NCBI RefSeq assembly: GCF_006345805.1
Contig: NC_043004.1
Location: 95,604,001-95,668,000, forward strand
Direction of reading: 5' to 3'
From: Octopus sinensis
Lineage: Eukaryota
DNA: 64,000 nt
The position numbers were made by a program, and so were the translations under genes. Of the stretch, positions 38,811 to 51,331 are shown in pieces. The notes under the pieces were generated by a model. That model did no database searches. It was not told the DNA's origin and saw only the letters and a program-made list of their open reading frames with translations. The first letter of the stretch is position 1. Each line of letters opens with the position of its first letter.

Positions 38811-39798
38811 CGGAGTAGACTTTGCTTCGATAAAATAAGTACCAGCTGTACCGATTTAATCGACTTAGCCCCTCCCTCCAAACTGCTGGCGCTGTTCCAA
38901 AATTTCAGAGAAGGTTCTATCATTTCCGGCCTTCACACATATTCTTTTTTTACTTTTCCCATATTTCATACCATACAAAATCGAACTTCACGTACAAGCG
39001 TCATACAAACTGTCCTTCAGTGAAGATAACAACACGCCAGCTTCTTCCACTTGGTGTTTTTCTCTGATTACTATGCCTTTCAGAGCATCCACTTCCAATA
39101 CTAATTTGGTCACATAGGTACAAAATGCAACCAACTGCTTCTAGAGACTCTTTAGATATTTGAAAGAATTTATTTCATGGTTCTCGTAATGAAAACTACT
39201 CCGGATTAACTGCTACACACGAAGCCTTCCTTCTTCTCTCTCACCCTGCCTGCACTCAAAGTCTTCATTCTTTCTCATCCTGCCTGTAACCCAACTACAT
39301 TTCTCGGAGTAGACTTTGCTTCGATAAAATAAGTACCAGCTGTACCGATTTAATCGACTTAGCCCCTCCCTCCAAACTGCTGGCGCTGTTCCAAAATTTC
39401 AGAGAAGGTTCTATCATTTCCGGCCTTCACACATATTCTTTTTTTACTTTTCCCATATTTCATACCATACAAAATCGAACTTCACGTACAAGCGTCATAC
39501 AAACTGTCCTTCAGTGAAGATAACAACACGCCAGCTTCTTCCACTTGGTGTTTTTCTCTGATTACTATGCCTTTCAGAGCATCCACTTCCAATACTAATT
39601 TGGTCACATAGGTACAAAATGCAACCAACTGCTTCTAGAGACTCTTTAGATATTTGAAAGAATTTATTTCATGGTTCTCGTAATGAAAACTACTCCGGAT
39701 TAACTGCTACACACGAAGCCTTCCTTCTTCTCTCTCACCCTGCCTGCACTCAAAGTCTTCATTCTTTCTCATCCTGCCTGTAACCCAACTACATTTCT
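38811..39798. repeat. Exact 494-bp tandem duplication
   Basis: 38811-39304 equals 39305-39798 by eye; the unit holds a SINE B 3' part and antisense RTE-like sequence. Confidence 0.92.
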
Positions 39799-40299
39799 TA
39801 TGCAATCATAGTTCTCACTGGGTACATCAAATGAAATTTCTAACTACTTCTTTTCTGAATGTCAAGAATAGCCATTTCTAAGATGGAAATAAAGTCCTGC
39901 TTTCTTTCCTGCAAACTGGATCCTCTATCTTTTCTAAGTTTACTTTGATATGTTTTGATACAAGGTGTAGTAGTTTGCCGTCTGTAGCTAAAATAGTTGA
40001 ATGATATAATCTTGCAAGAAGTGTTATAGAGTAATCTCCCTTTAGTAAATTTCTCTGAAGTAATTCTTAATTATTCAAGAAGCTTCGCGTTTCTCTTGGA
40101 AGTTTCTGGAATGTCTAGCGTTCCATTAATAAAAACAGTTTGCTTGCCCTGTTCTTTGCTTCTTTGTCGATTAGACTCAGAGCCATTCACGTTGTTGCTA
40201 TGTCTATCTATTTCTCTATGCCACATTACTAAATACCACTATTTAGCTGTTATTTATACATTTCTGAACTTTCTTGCATAGATTATTTCATTCAGCTAT

Positions 40300-42050
40300 T
40301 TTAGCTAGAGACGACAAACTACTACAAAAGTTTTGCTCCCACGACTGGAATTTCGGATCTTTTCGGTTTGAACGGCAGTTTTTTCTAGCGGTGTCATATG
40401 AAATTGTCACCCATATTTATGACCCTAGTATCGATCTATTGCATTTCAATCTGTTTTAGGGTTAGGGATGGGGGGAAAGGTATCTTTTTTTCTTCACAAA
40501 TGTAAATAAACCCAATCTGTTTCTTAAACGAGGGACATATTCATACGGCACAGAATGTTTTTTACCTCAATGGATGTCATTGATTGGTTGAAATTGCAGA
40601 AATTGAAGAAAAAAACAACAAATATCTTACAAACTATAGAATTTTCTCAATAAAGCCAAGAGAAAAAGATGTTTTATAAACACATTCTACCAGTATACGA
40701 AGTTTAAAATTTTTTTAGTTACCTAGAAATTATGTTAAAAACTGCCGTTCAAACTGAAAAGACCCGGAATTTCTTTTTAAAGTCAACAACTGCCGCCAAG
40801 ATACTGAAAAACAGTTGTTCTCACTCACAATTTTCTTATCTGTTGTCATGACAATCAACACAAGAGAGCTGAAAACCGAGCCTTCAAAATCACCAACTGC
40901 CACATCAAATTCCGCACTGAACACATTGCCTACTCTCACCCGCCTGGTAACATCATTGCACATGGTTTTCATGTTTCTCTGAAAATATTCGTGTACATGT
41001 AGTTTTTTAGCGGTCACCAGACTACGGAACGTGATAGCCCGTAAGAGGCTTCGTTTGGATAAGCAAATGCTAAGGACTTCCCCTGTAGCTGTTTCACTAG
41101 CAAGACGGCATCAGGATATCTCGCCCTGTCACAAATCAGAACTGCATGTCTTCTAAGATAATTCTCATCCTTGTTATTTGCACTATAATACTTTTTGTTA
41201 CTTTCATAACTTGGTGCATCAATATGATGCCTCTGCAGTTTCTTATTCTTAGGGCATCTTTTTTCCTGCCCTTATAATTGGTTAGGACACTCTCCTCTAC
41301 TACCCGATCGGCTGTCTTTGTTACTAGTTCGTCTAATACTTTACTGTAAAATTTCAACATCTCATCGATTACTGCTGATTGCCCGATTGCTTTCTTTATT
41401 TTTATATCTCCAATCGCACTTTTGACCGTAAAGATATCAAATTCAAGAACTGCTGTAGCATTCTCCTCCATTAACAACCTACCTTAGAAACATTTTCAAG
41501 TTTCTTTCTTCTCAATGTCAGTGAGGACAAGAACATCCCTATTAATCTATAGAATACATTGCTTTGCAATACAGAACACCTCACGGCTCAACTGCACCAC
41601 CCACTTCCGTTACAGAATATCAGGTAACTTTTTTTTTCAGTTTCTCTCCATACGCCCTCAATTTGACGTCTATTTTTCTTATAGCTTCAAGATGTCCTTA
41701 CTTACTTTTAATCTTGTTCAATCTTCTCAAGACTTTCTTTTAGATTTTAAGGTTTCATCTACTCTACCATTCCACTAAAATATTACCTCCTGTAGAGCCG
41801 GATCATTGATCCATTCTTAAATCTTGTTTGACTTGGAGCAGGTTGTCTCATAGAAATTCTTTGTTGTCTGCTATGTCAAATGTTTTTATCTCCTCTACTT
41901 CTTCCTTCTCCTCCTCCCAAGTCTTTTCTGAAAAAAATTTCCTGAAGGGCTGTTCAGCTTTTCATACCCTCATTCTCTATATTTCTTTTTCTCTTTTCCA
42001 CTCCATCTCTCACACTTGTGTCACTAATTCTTCATCTATTTTAAATGGTA
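40300..42050 (-). mobile_element. RTE-clade LINE, degenerate RT and linker region, split by a MITE
   Basis: ORFs 41136..41477 (IKKAIGQS..NYKGRKKDAL..NCRGI.LMHQVMKV..EDMQF) and 40730..41017 (VRVGNVFSAEF.VAVG..GSVFSSL); reading resumes across the MITE as DFKKKFQSWEQN. Confidence 0.85.
40355..40765. mobile_element. MITE, GG..CC termini, ~29-bp TIR, 8-bp TSD (Merlin-like)
   Basis: TIR GGATCTTTTCGGTTTGAACGGCAGTTTTT; TSD GGAATTTC at 40347-40354 and 40766-40773. Confidence 0.88.
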
Positions 42051-42495
42051 TATAATTCACCCAGAAAAATTTTAATATTCACTTCTGACAACTGGAGAGA
42101 GATAAAACGGTAGAGAGCTCTATTTCCAGAGTAAACTAGAGCAAAGAGAAGCAAAATGCACTTCTCAAAGACACAATGTATCATCTGGTCCCAAAATCAG
42201 ACTTATGACCTTACGATCATGAAGCCAACGCTCAAAGCCACTAGGCCACATGCCTTCACACACACACACACACTCACTCACAGACTTTCCAAGATTGTAA
42301 TTGGGCTCTAAAGCTAGCATGAGTGAACAAATAAAAATGGCACCAGAATAGACACAATTTTTAATTTCTTTTGCGTTTCCATTTTGTGTTTAAAATAAAT
42401 CGATAGAAAAGATTTATTGTTAAATCAAAAAATCTATATTGTATTTAAAATCAAAGAACAATAAAGAAAAGTGCAATATTTAATTATTTTATATT

Positions 42496-42801
42496 TTAGC
42501 TGTAAAATTTAAACAAAAGAAAACAATATATCTTGCAACCACAACAGCCTCTTTCGTTTATGGGTTTTTTTCTTATCCTGTTATCTATTACTGTATTACA
42601 ACCCACGTCAATGAAGTGAGGTGGATTATAATGCCTTTCACTCGAAAGCGGAGTTAACCCAGACACTATATCATCGTCCGTCATAGAATGAATGTGTAAA
42701 GGAACTGTCTGGAACAGGTTGGGTCTTTTGCACTGTTTGGGTGCAACACAATTTCCTTCTTTGTTTCCAAAAACTACCGGTGTCAGGAACAAGAAATCAA
42801 C
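42496..42801 (-). CDS. Candidate host exon/small ORF, unknown product
   Basis: Non-repetitive frame open for about 101 codons from a TTTTTTAAG|G acceptor at 42802/42801 (VDFLFLTPVVFGNKEG...ERGCCGCKIYCFLLFKFYS*); no recognisable domain. Confidence 0.3.
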   Translation of the reverse strand, partial: VDFLFLTPVVFGNKEGNCVAPKQCKRPNLFQTVPLHIHSMTDDDIVSGLTPLSSERHYNPPHFIDVGCNTVIDNRIRKKPINERGCCGCKIYCFLLFKFYS

Positions 42802-43069
42802 CTTAAAAAATATGACGCTTTATTTCGTTATTTACATAAAGAAGGCACGTTGGTAAATTGGTAACCCCTTGGTGTAGGTACAGCAAGACTGAAGTTAAAC
42901 ATTTGTAAAGATAAACCTCACAACAACTCCAGCAGCAACAGAGCCGGTCAAATCCCAAGCGTCTGGGACAGGAGAATAGGCTGATAACACGTTAAACACG
43001 TCTTCTCTCTTCAACGAACGCCATAGAATTCGTTCTCAGTTTTTAGCGCATGTGCATTAGCGAACTTAC

Positions 43070-43345
43070 GTCACTACAAATGTATGGTGTTATATGTGTC
43101 AGCTAAAGGATCGTCCTGAAACTACAATATAGCACTGTATTCGATCCTGCGTTTTGCCATATACGAATCTCAAGCCACAGTTCAGTCAGAGTTGAACATG
43201 TGCGCAACCGAGATTTTGTCCAACGAATAGTTGTCGTTCGTGTGATAGTTCGGGGGTTAGACTGGATTCTTCCATGATCACAGTAAAAATTAATCGCCAA
43301 TATCGCAGAGTATCGAGACGTCGGAGCCGCCATGACGTTCTCCAC
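43070..43345 (-). promoter_or_regulatory. CpG-rich candidate promoter/first exon
   Basis: Locally CpG-dense unique DNA; CATGGCGGC (YY1-like/start context) near 43325-43335; GAC|GTAAGT donor at 43070/43069. Confidence 0.3.
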
Positions 43346-43478
43346 TCTTGCCAATTCAGAGTGCTTTGGGTCGAGTTTGTATTACTCTCCCCCTAACAGC
43401 TGTTCTCACAACTGCAAATTCAATCTAGAGTAATTGAAGAAGACATGTCACAGCACCTGAATATTTATTTGGTAAATA

Positions 43479-43684
43479 CGAGGGAGTTCTAAAAAGTTCC
43501 TGGCTTTGGGTAAATGAAAATACATAATTATGATTATATTCAACATGTTCCCCTCTTAGGTTCCCACACTTGTTGCAGCGGTCCTTCAGTTTTTCTAAGT
43601 CCCGTAAAAGAACTCGGAATGTTGGGCCTACAACCAGGTCTTTTGCGATACTCTTAAAGCCAGGAACTTTTCAGCACCCCCTCA
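43479..43684. mobile_element. Mariner-type MITE, TA TSD
   Basis: TA|CGAGGGAGTTCTAAAAAGTTCCTGGCTTT ... AAAGCCAGGAACTTTTCAGCACCCCCTCA|TA. Confidence 0.85.
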
Positions 43685-44178
43685 TATCAAAAACAAGCTC
43701 TGTGTAGAGTTGCAAATAAGGACTTTCCCAACGTGTCCTATTACGCTGTCTCATCTTATCGTTTCTATTAATCTTATTGCAGGAACACCTTTCCTATTCA
43801 TGTAACAAATAAACCATGTTACAACCATAAATAAAACATCAGCTACAATTTGTGACCCGGTAAGGTTAGATAAAATATGCTAGTGAACACATGCCCTGAA
43901 AGTGCATTGTAGTTGGTCAGTTTTTTGTTGGCGTTTGGATCTGTCACACTGCTGGTGCTCATTAAATCTTTGTGTGCATTTTTTAATAAATAAACTCCCA
44001 CGCGATTTCTATTAAAATGCTTTGAATTTAAAGTACTAACATAAGAAGCAACATTTCTAAAATGCTCATGTTTTTATAAGAAAGTCTAAGGACATTACGA
44101 TTTAACCTTGAATTTCTAGGCATCTAACCTTTTTTCAATTATCCAGTGTTGCATTGTATAATTCTCTCTCTCTTTCTT

Positions 44179-44268
<90 letters not shown>

Positions 44269-44273
<5 letters not shown>

Positions 44274-44440
44274 TTTATAGAAGGAGCTTCTACAGGACTA
44301 GAACTGTTTCATTCAAAAGAAATCATCAGGAAGCTAGGTGACAAGAGTAGTTTTGGCATTTATACATTTAGGCAGCTTCCTGATGATTTCTTTTGAATGA
44401 AACAGTTCTAGTCCTGTAGAAGCTCCTTCTATAAAATAAA
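44269..44440. mobile_element. Perfect 67-bp inverted repeat (38-nt spacer), Penelope pLTR-like
   Basis: 44269-44335 is the exact reverse complement of 44374-44440. Confidence 0.92.
44374..44424 (+). ncRNA. Type I hammerhead ribozyme motif (mirror copy on minus strand at 44285-44335)
   Basis: Stem I AGCTTC/GAAGCT; core CTGATGA; stem II T-TTC tttt GAA-T (U.U at 10.1:11.1); GAAA; stem III ACAG/CTGT; GUA site, predicted cleavage 44418/44419. Confidence 0.8.
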
Positions 44441-44509
44441 TTAATTTACTCTGCTATGTATTGAGTACCTTATTTACTGTGGTTAACCCCGACTCAACCC
44501 GGGACCTAC

Positions 44510-44553
<44 letters not shown>

Positions 44554-44605
44554 GCATATAAACTTAGTGTAATTTTAGTGTTTCTTAGCAATATAAGTAA
44601 CCTTT

Positions 44606-44675
<70 letters not shown>

Positions 44676-44685
44676 ATATATATAC

Positions 44686-45030
44686 GAGCAGAACGCCCCA
44701 CCTTCCAATGGACAGTGTTGAGTTGTCAAACATTTAAACCAAATTTTCTCAAAACAACTTGTCCGACCGTTGAGAAACACTGATGTAACCTAAATTTGAG
44801 ACACCAGCAAAAGAAGGAATAAAGATAGACTTTTTTCTCTTCCAAAGAAAAACGGCTTTATCGATCGCATTCTCACCTGGAATCGATTTTTGTAATTTTT
44901 TCAAGACTTATACACGCCCTAATACCGTCGGTATCTACATATCAAATTTCAGCGCAATCGAATGGAGGATGCCCGAGATCCTAGAAGACATACACACAAC
45001 CAGACAGAACAGATTTTATATAAGAGATAT
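44686..45030 (+). mobile_element. Non-autonomous Helitron/Helentron-like repeat
   Basis: ATCAAATTTCAGCGCAATCG...CATACACAC..CAGACAG..TTTTATATAAGAGAT resembles the DINE/HINE-type 3' organisation; recall-based. Confidence 0.45.
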
Positions 45031-45067
45031 ATAAATTTCCCATGCGCACACACACACTATACATACA

Positions 45068-45101
<34 letters not shown>

Positions 45102-45619
45102 CATACATACATACATACATATATAATCAGCTATTTATTCATAAGTTAGAAAAAGAAGTTTACTTAATATGAGACATAGAATAGTTATATTTTAACATCA
45201 TCGAGCAGCAGTTGTGGCATATAACTGTTCAGAATATTACCCTCAGCTTCGCACTGACTATTGCACGCGTCAGTATTGACGATTCTTCAGATATGGTGGT
45301 CGGAAGTGCAAAGTCCCTTTTATGTTAGAGGTATATATACACACTGCTTAGCTCTGTGTTGGCAAAGGAAGCAACATCGTACAAAATCAACTGGAAACTG
45401 CGAGAACGACCTGGGCCATATCTGATTGGAACTAGATGTTGCAAGCTTTGCCTGGTGGAAAGGAGAATCTTTTGAAAAAATTCACACAATCCGAATGCTT
45501 TTCTGAAATAAAAAATCGAAATATTCAGATGCTGTCCTTATAAGCGAAAATTCATTTTGGTAACGTGGTCATGCCATGTTTTTGAACTGGAGAACAATTT
45601 ATTCTCTCTCTTCCTTTCA

Positions 45620-46400
45620 AGAAATTTTCGAGAAGGCAGCCAATAGTGGCTTTAAAGATGAATTAATATATAACACCTCTAATAATAATACGAATAATAA
45701 CAATAGACCTAAAAATAAACCGTGAAGAATAATTTGGTTCGCACCACACCTTTCCCTTAATATTAAAACCAACTTCGGTAAAAGATTCCTGTCTCTCTTG
45801 AACATTCATTTTCCTGAAAATCACAGGCACAGAAAAATATTTAACAGGCGCTTAGTTAAATTATCATATAGCTGTTGTCCCAATATGAAGAACATCATTA
45901 CACACAAACACCACCAAGTGTCTACTCCTGGTTGTATCTTTCGTGACCCAAGAACCTGTCCACTCTACTAGAGATGCATGATTAAATGTCATATATGAAA
46001 CAGAAATTACGGCAACGCTAGATGATAACATAGCCGAAAAGAAATGTTACACTGGGCTATCTGAAGGTGACTTCAAAAATCCCTATGCTAACCACATATC
46101 TTACTTCCGATACAAGAACAAAGGTAAAACCACTAAGTTAGCTATCCACATTTGAGGTTTGAATTCTATCGCCACACCACTTACAATAAAGTGGAAAATA
46201 GTTTAAAAGTCTACACCGTATGTCAAAGAATAAAAAAAAATGTAAGCTATGCGCAACTGAAAGAACAGATTCTTTTCAGATCTAAGAACTCTATCGCGTT
46301 GCTCAATTCCAGATCTGAAATTTTTAGAAACTGTAAACGCATGGATAAGTTCCTGTTGGCGAATTGGAACATACCACCTTCTCCGGATTGAACAGCTGTA
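45620..46400 (+). mobile_element. Penelope-like element, RT thumb plus GIY-YIG endonuclease, pseudogenised
   Basis: Manual translation RIIWFAPHLSLNIKTNFGKRFLSLLNIHFPENH..IFNRRLVKLSYSCCPNMK; VIYETEI..CYTGLSEGDFKNPYANHISYF..KWKIV..CKLCATE; LLNSRSEIFRNCKRMDKFLL. Confidence 0.9.
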
Positions 46401-46702
46401 TAGCAGATTTTAGGCCACAATCCTTTCATCCTTATGACTTTACAGTTAAAGGGGACATAACTCTAATTATTATTCTCTTGCTTTTCACTGTTTTCTTTTT
46501 CGTTTTCCATGTTTTACATTTTCCTTTCACCTTTTACATCTTCGTTCTCTTTTTAGGTTGTTATGCCAAATGTGTTTAAAAAATGCTGTCTGAGCTGTTT
46601 TCATCGTATTTAACTAATAGTAGCTCATAAAAATATATATTGAGCTTATTAAATAATATTTATCTCCCACCAGATGAGGAACTTTTTTTGTTGATCTTAC
46701 AC

Positions 46703-46735
<33 letters not shown>

Positions 46736-47286
46736 ATATCGAAAATGAATTAAGATGGTGTTTCCAGAATTGAAAGAGATAACAAACGATCAGAATAATT
46801 CTTCCATCAAGGGTCATTTACATCCAGTACAAAAAATATGCTGATTACAATAGATCCAAAGAGTATTAAAATAAATCGAAAATGTAGCACAATATGTTGA
46901 ATAACAGCACAGAGAATAGTGTGTGCAACAATAGCGAAAAGCCATATGAAATGAACGCGTTACTGACTCATGAAAATACATAAAAATTTCATTTTATAAT
47001 CTGCAATGAAGTTAACAGAAATTAATAGTAGTTCGTAGCAAAATGTTCAATTAAATAACGTCTGGATGAAAGAGAGTTCATATTTACAAAAGTGTTTAAT
47101 TAGATAATGTCTGGATGAGACAGAGTTCATATTTACAAAAATGTTCGGGGAAAAATTAATATGAAATAATCAAAGAAAAATTCAAGACAATATTTCAAAC
47201 AACAATTGATATGAGCATAAAATCAATTTGTGTGTCTTGCCATAAAGTGTATGTTAATGAGCACAAAAATATATTATTTTGATAAA

Positions 47287-47338
<52 letters not shown>

Positions 47339-49060
47339 ATTGATTTTGAATGGCGTGGGCTCGTGTAGATGCTGAAATAGACTGGCTGTCTACGAAAAAA
47401 TATTTCCTTTAGAAAGGTACGTAGGCTCCTGCAAGTCTGTCTTGTGAGGACGATTTAGAGACGGAAGTTGTCTGATTAGTAGAAAATAACCAGAAAAATC
47501 ATATAAAATAACTGCGCATTATTTCTGTTTTATACTCATCGACTACAGCCGTTCCTCGCTCTCTTTTGCTTTTAAAGCATTTCCAAATGTAAGGTGAAAT
47601 ACTTTAATTGAAGTCATGTTCCCTCCACTTTCTTTTTAGATATCATTTGGATATTTACAAGTGTGAAAGAATGACAATAAATGATTTCATAATATTGATT
47701 TTTTTATTACCTACAAGGGGCCAACGGAGAGGGGACAATACAATCTGATTTTGGGGTCAGATGAGCGAATGATTATACAAAAAAATGACATTAAAAATTT
47801 TACAAAAATAAGAAAATATAATAAAATCGAATGGTAGGACAGACCGGAAGACATTGCGGATGGAGTGGGGGGCGGGTTTAATTCGGACCTCACGAGCCCC
47901 GCCTTGCCACTGATACCTGAGTTACATCCTGGGTCGCATTCATGAGGTTCCATCCACACGCAACAACCGTGCTACATTCTTCCATCGATTTTCAAACATT
48001 TTCACAGTCAGGCATTTTCTCTCTAGAACCTATTTCCTTTTAAGGTGAAAGGTGAATTAATTCACCAATTCAGGGCCAGAGATGAGATTGCCTGACTCTA
48101 ACCCTTTCAGCCTCGTTCTCCAAATTACTTCTCTCGCAATTGCTACTACAATGAGAAAACAATTCTTACCTTCTTTCGAAAGGAAATCAGGCGGGTCAAT
48201 TTTTATTATAGACTCAGTCGATAGCTGTACTCTTCCTGCACTTGACAACAGTTGTTCGGCATAAACCCACACATCTGACATCACCGAACATTGAACAATA
48301 GCATGCGGGACGATTTCCCTATCCCGCTCGCATCTTACACAGGTCGAAGAGCCGCACCCACCATGCCTTGTGAGCTTGTCCCGAACAGGTAAGGCTCCTC
48401 TGTAACACTGTCATGCCAGAGACTTCTGAAAGTTATCCAGTGTCTTCGGCCCGAATGTACATTGGAACAGACTGGCCAGCTGATTATCGTCGAGACCTAG
48501 GGTTTCCCCTAAGGTATCATCACATTCCGCCTCTACAAGCCCTCTATAAAAGAATGTGGTGGAACCTCCACCGCAGGCATTGCCCGAGCGACGGAATAGC
48601 AGGAGAGCCTTGCGACACTCCGTAAACCATGTACACACTTCGATTTTCGATAGAACCAGGATTCCCGTCCACTGAAACTAGTGAACCTGGGAAACATCCG
48701 TTTCACCAGCGGAGACTACAGCTGTTCACCATCCAGGTAGAACTACAGATGCCTCAACCTCAGCCCATGTCTGCGCATCAGCAGCCAAGGCATCCCTAGC
48801 CCACCCTTTAACGGTTGTTGGCAGCAAGTACAGCGTTTCACAAGCGGTTTCGAGCCCTTCCACAAAAAGTGGAAGAGCTGTCTTTCCAGCTTGTTCAACC
48901 ACGAATCAGGGCAAGGAACGACGGTTAGGCGGTAGGTGATGACTGATGCGATGAACACATTGGCTACCTCCACCCTCCCTTTCAGGGATAGCCACCGCCA
49001 AGACCAGGCCTTGACTATGTGGGTCACCCTGCTCGATACCTCGGCCCAGTTGTTTTCTAT

Positions 49061-49988
49061 TTAGAGGTCTGGTCCAAACCAAACTCCTAGCAACTTAATC
49101 GGATCCTCCGTCCAACGTCCCACGACGCTGTCAGGAGGCACCGACTTACCTCTCCAGGTGCCGAGCTGCAAGCCGACTGACTTTTCACGATTAACTTTTG
49201 CTCCTGCCACCGTCTCGTAAACCTTAATGGCCTTGCCTACCCCCTGTAGGTGATCCATTTCGGTCACGATGATGGTGATGTCATACGCGTAAGCTGAAAC
49301 CGACTTTCCACAACCTAGCTGTCTCGGGATGCCGCTCAATTTTCGCAGTAATGGCTCAAGAGCCATCACGTACAAAAGCGGGGAGAGCGGACACCCTTGA
49401 CGAACCGAGCGTTTGATGTTGAACGGCCTTGATAAGAAGCCGTTCACCCGAACTATCGAGTCGACGTTGTCATAAATCTGAATGATCCACCTGAGGAAGC
49501 CAGGACCCAGGCCGAACTGTGCCAGAACGGACACCAGATAGCGATGGTCAACCCTATCAAATGCCTTAGATTGGTCTAAATGGACCAGTGCCCCACCCTT
49601 GCCAGAATCACTATTAAGCCCCTCTAAAGTGTTCCGCATAAAATGGAGATTATCCTGGATGGCTCTGCCGGGAACGGCACATGTCTGTGCCTCCCCGATC
49701 AGACCATCCGCGACACGCGCCAATCTTTTCGATAACACTGGTCATCACTCTGCGTTTAGCAGTGATGGGCCGAAAATTATCAACGGAACCCCACTTGTCC
49801 GGGTTCTTTCTGACACACGTCACCACTCCTCGGCGCACAGATCTGGGAATAAACCCGTTCTGCTGCCAGTTCGCGTAGACATTCGCCAGCAGGTGCCCGA
49901 ACAAAGTCTGGCATACTCTTATACAACTCATAGAGTAGACCATCCAGTCACGGCGCCCTACCCGCGCCGCAGTCTGCCATAGCTTCAA
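49061..49988 (-). pseudogene. Tx1 ORF2 reverse transcriptase domain (frameshifted)
   Basis: NFRPIT, LDQSKAFDRVDH, VRQGCPLSPLLYV, SAYAYDIT (YADD mutated), KLLGVWFG. Confidence 0.92.
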
Positions 49989-50755
49989 TTAACCTCCTCA
50001 GGCGTGATCGGCCCTTCACAGCACTCCGCGTCCCGCCCCAATAAGCGCGCCAACCCGACGAGGAAGTCCGTTAGGTCCCTCCTACTATCCGGTCCGTCTC
50101 CCCCCACCGAAAAGCTGGGCGAAGTACTCCTGAAAAGCCTCACACATCTCCTCGGGCTCGTCTATCAACTTACCTTGTTGGTTCGTCAAAGATCGGATTA
50201 TGGCATCATTACCACGTTGGGCTTCCACCACTCGGGGCCATCCTGCAGCCTTGATTCCCTCACAACCCACTGCACGAAGCCTAGCCCTGACAATGCAACC
50301 CATGTGTTTGGCTTCAAGGTGCCGGTTTAACGCCAGTCTCTTGGCCTCCACCTGAGCCGCAGAGCCAGTTTTCATTGCTTCCTCTAAATCCTTAGCTAAA
50401 GCTGATGCCCTCCTAGCCTCTCTGGCCACTAAATCTATGCTATATCTAATAGACTCAAATTTTATGGCTCATTTGAGGGCATACCACCATTTATTATTAA
50501 TAATGGAACCAGTTAATGCCCTCTGAATCAACATCTTAATCCGGTCTCTGTACTCCTTAATCGCCAAAAGGGACGTATTAAGTTTCCAGTAGCCGGAGCC
50601 TCTATTATATATCTTATCTATGTCAAGGTTACAGGTGACCATTTTATGATCACTGTAACAGACCGTGTGAACTGTGGATACCTAGCTATCTGTCTATCTG
50701 CTTTTCTAATTAACACTCTATCTAGGTATGACCTGGAAGATCCGTCACTATTTGA

Positions 50756-51328
50756 TCATGTCCACAATGGAGCGTTCGGAAATTCCAACCTATAAGGATC
50801 TGCAAGCTCAAAGCGGCTTAGCAGTTCCAAGAAGCCATGATTACCTTTTCTATCTGTACACGAGCCAACATAATCTAAGTGTGCCTCGCAAATTGCGTTA
50901 TAGTCTCCTAGCACAACTAAAGAATGTGATGTACCAAGAAACTTCTCCAGATTCCGAAAATACTCGCTTTGCCCAGTTGGCATGGGTCCATAAATTGCAT
51001 CCAGTCTGATAACTTTACCACGACTGAACGTCAAGTCCAAGACGACCAGCCTACCTTCTGGATCTGAAAAAATTAATGTTTTCTCAGAAACCCGGTTTCT
51101 TTTTAACAGGATCAACACCCCGCTCCCACTGGAAGGACTGCTTGGAGAGTAAAAAAAACTCTCATAGACATCCAACAGCTGGAGCAGATCTCTTGGCCCC
51201 TTTAGCCGGGTTTTTGTAGCAACAATAACATCCAAATTATGCGACCTGATGTCATTAAGGAAGTGACCTTGCTTCCAGCTTGACCTCAGGCCACGCACAT
51301 TTATACAACCTACATGAATGCTTGACAT
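50756..51328 (-). pseudogene. Tx1 ORF2 apurinic-like endonuclease domain
   Basis: CINVRGL, LDVIVATKT (ET motif mutated), EGRLVVLDL, AIYGP, VVLGDYN, DPYRLEFP..WT. Confidence 0.9.
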
Positions 51329-51331
51329 TGC

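Noticed and set aside
43324-43435. Plus-strand GCCGCCATG Kozak match with a 35-codon ORF
   Set aside because: Short, no donor; simply the complement of the CATGGCGGC motif.
46660-46700. CAGATGAGGAAC..GTT after the Penelope ORF as a hammerhead
   Set aside because: GAAA and helix III are absent.
49599-50330. Plus-strand ORFs at 49599, 50004 and 51552
   Set aside because: Antisense shadows of the GC-rich Tx1 coding strand.
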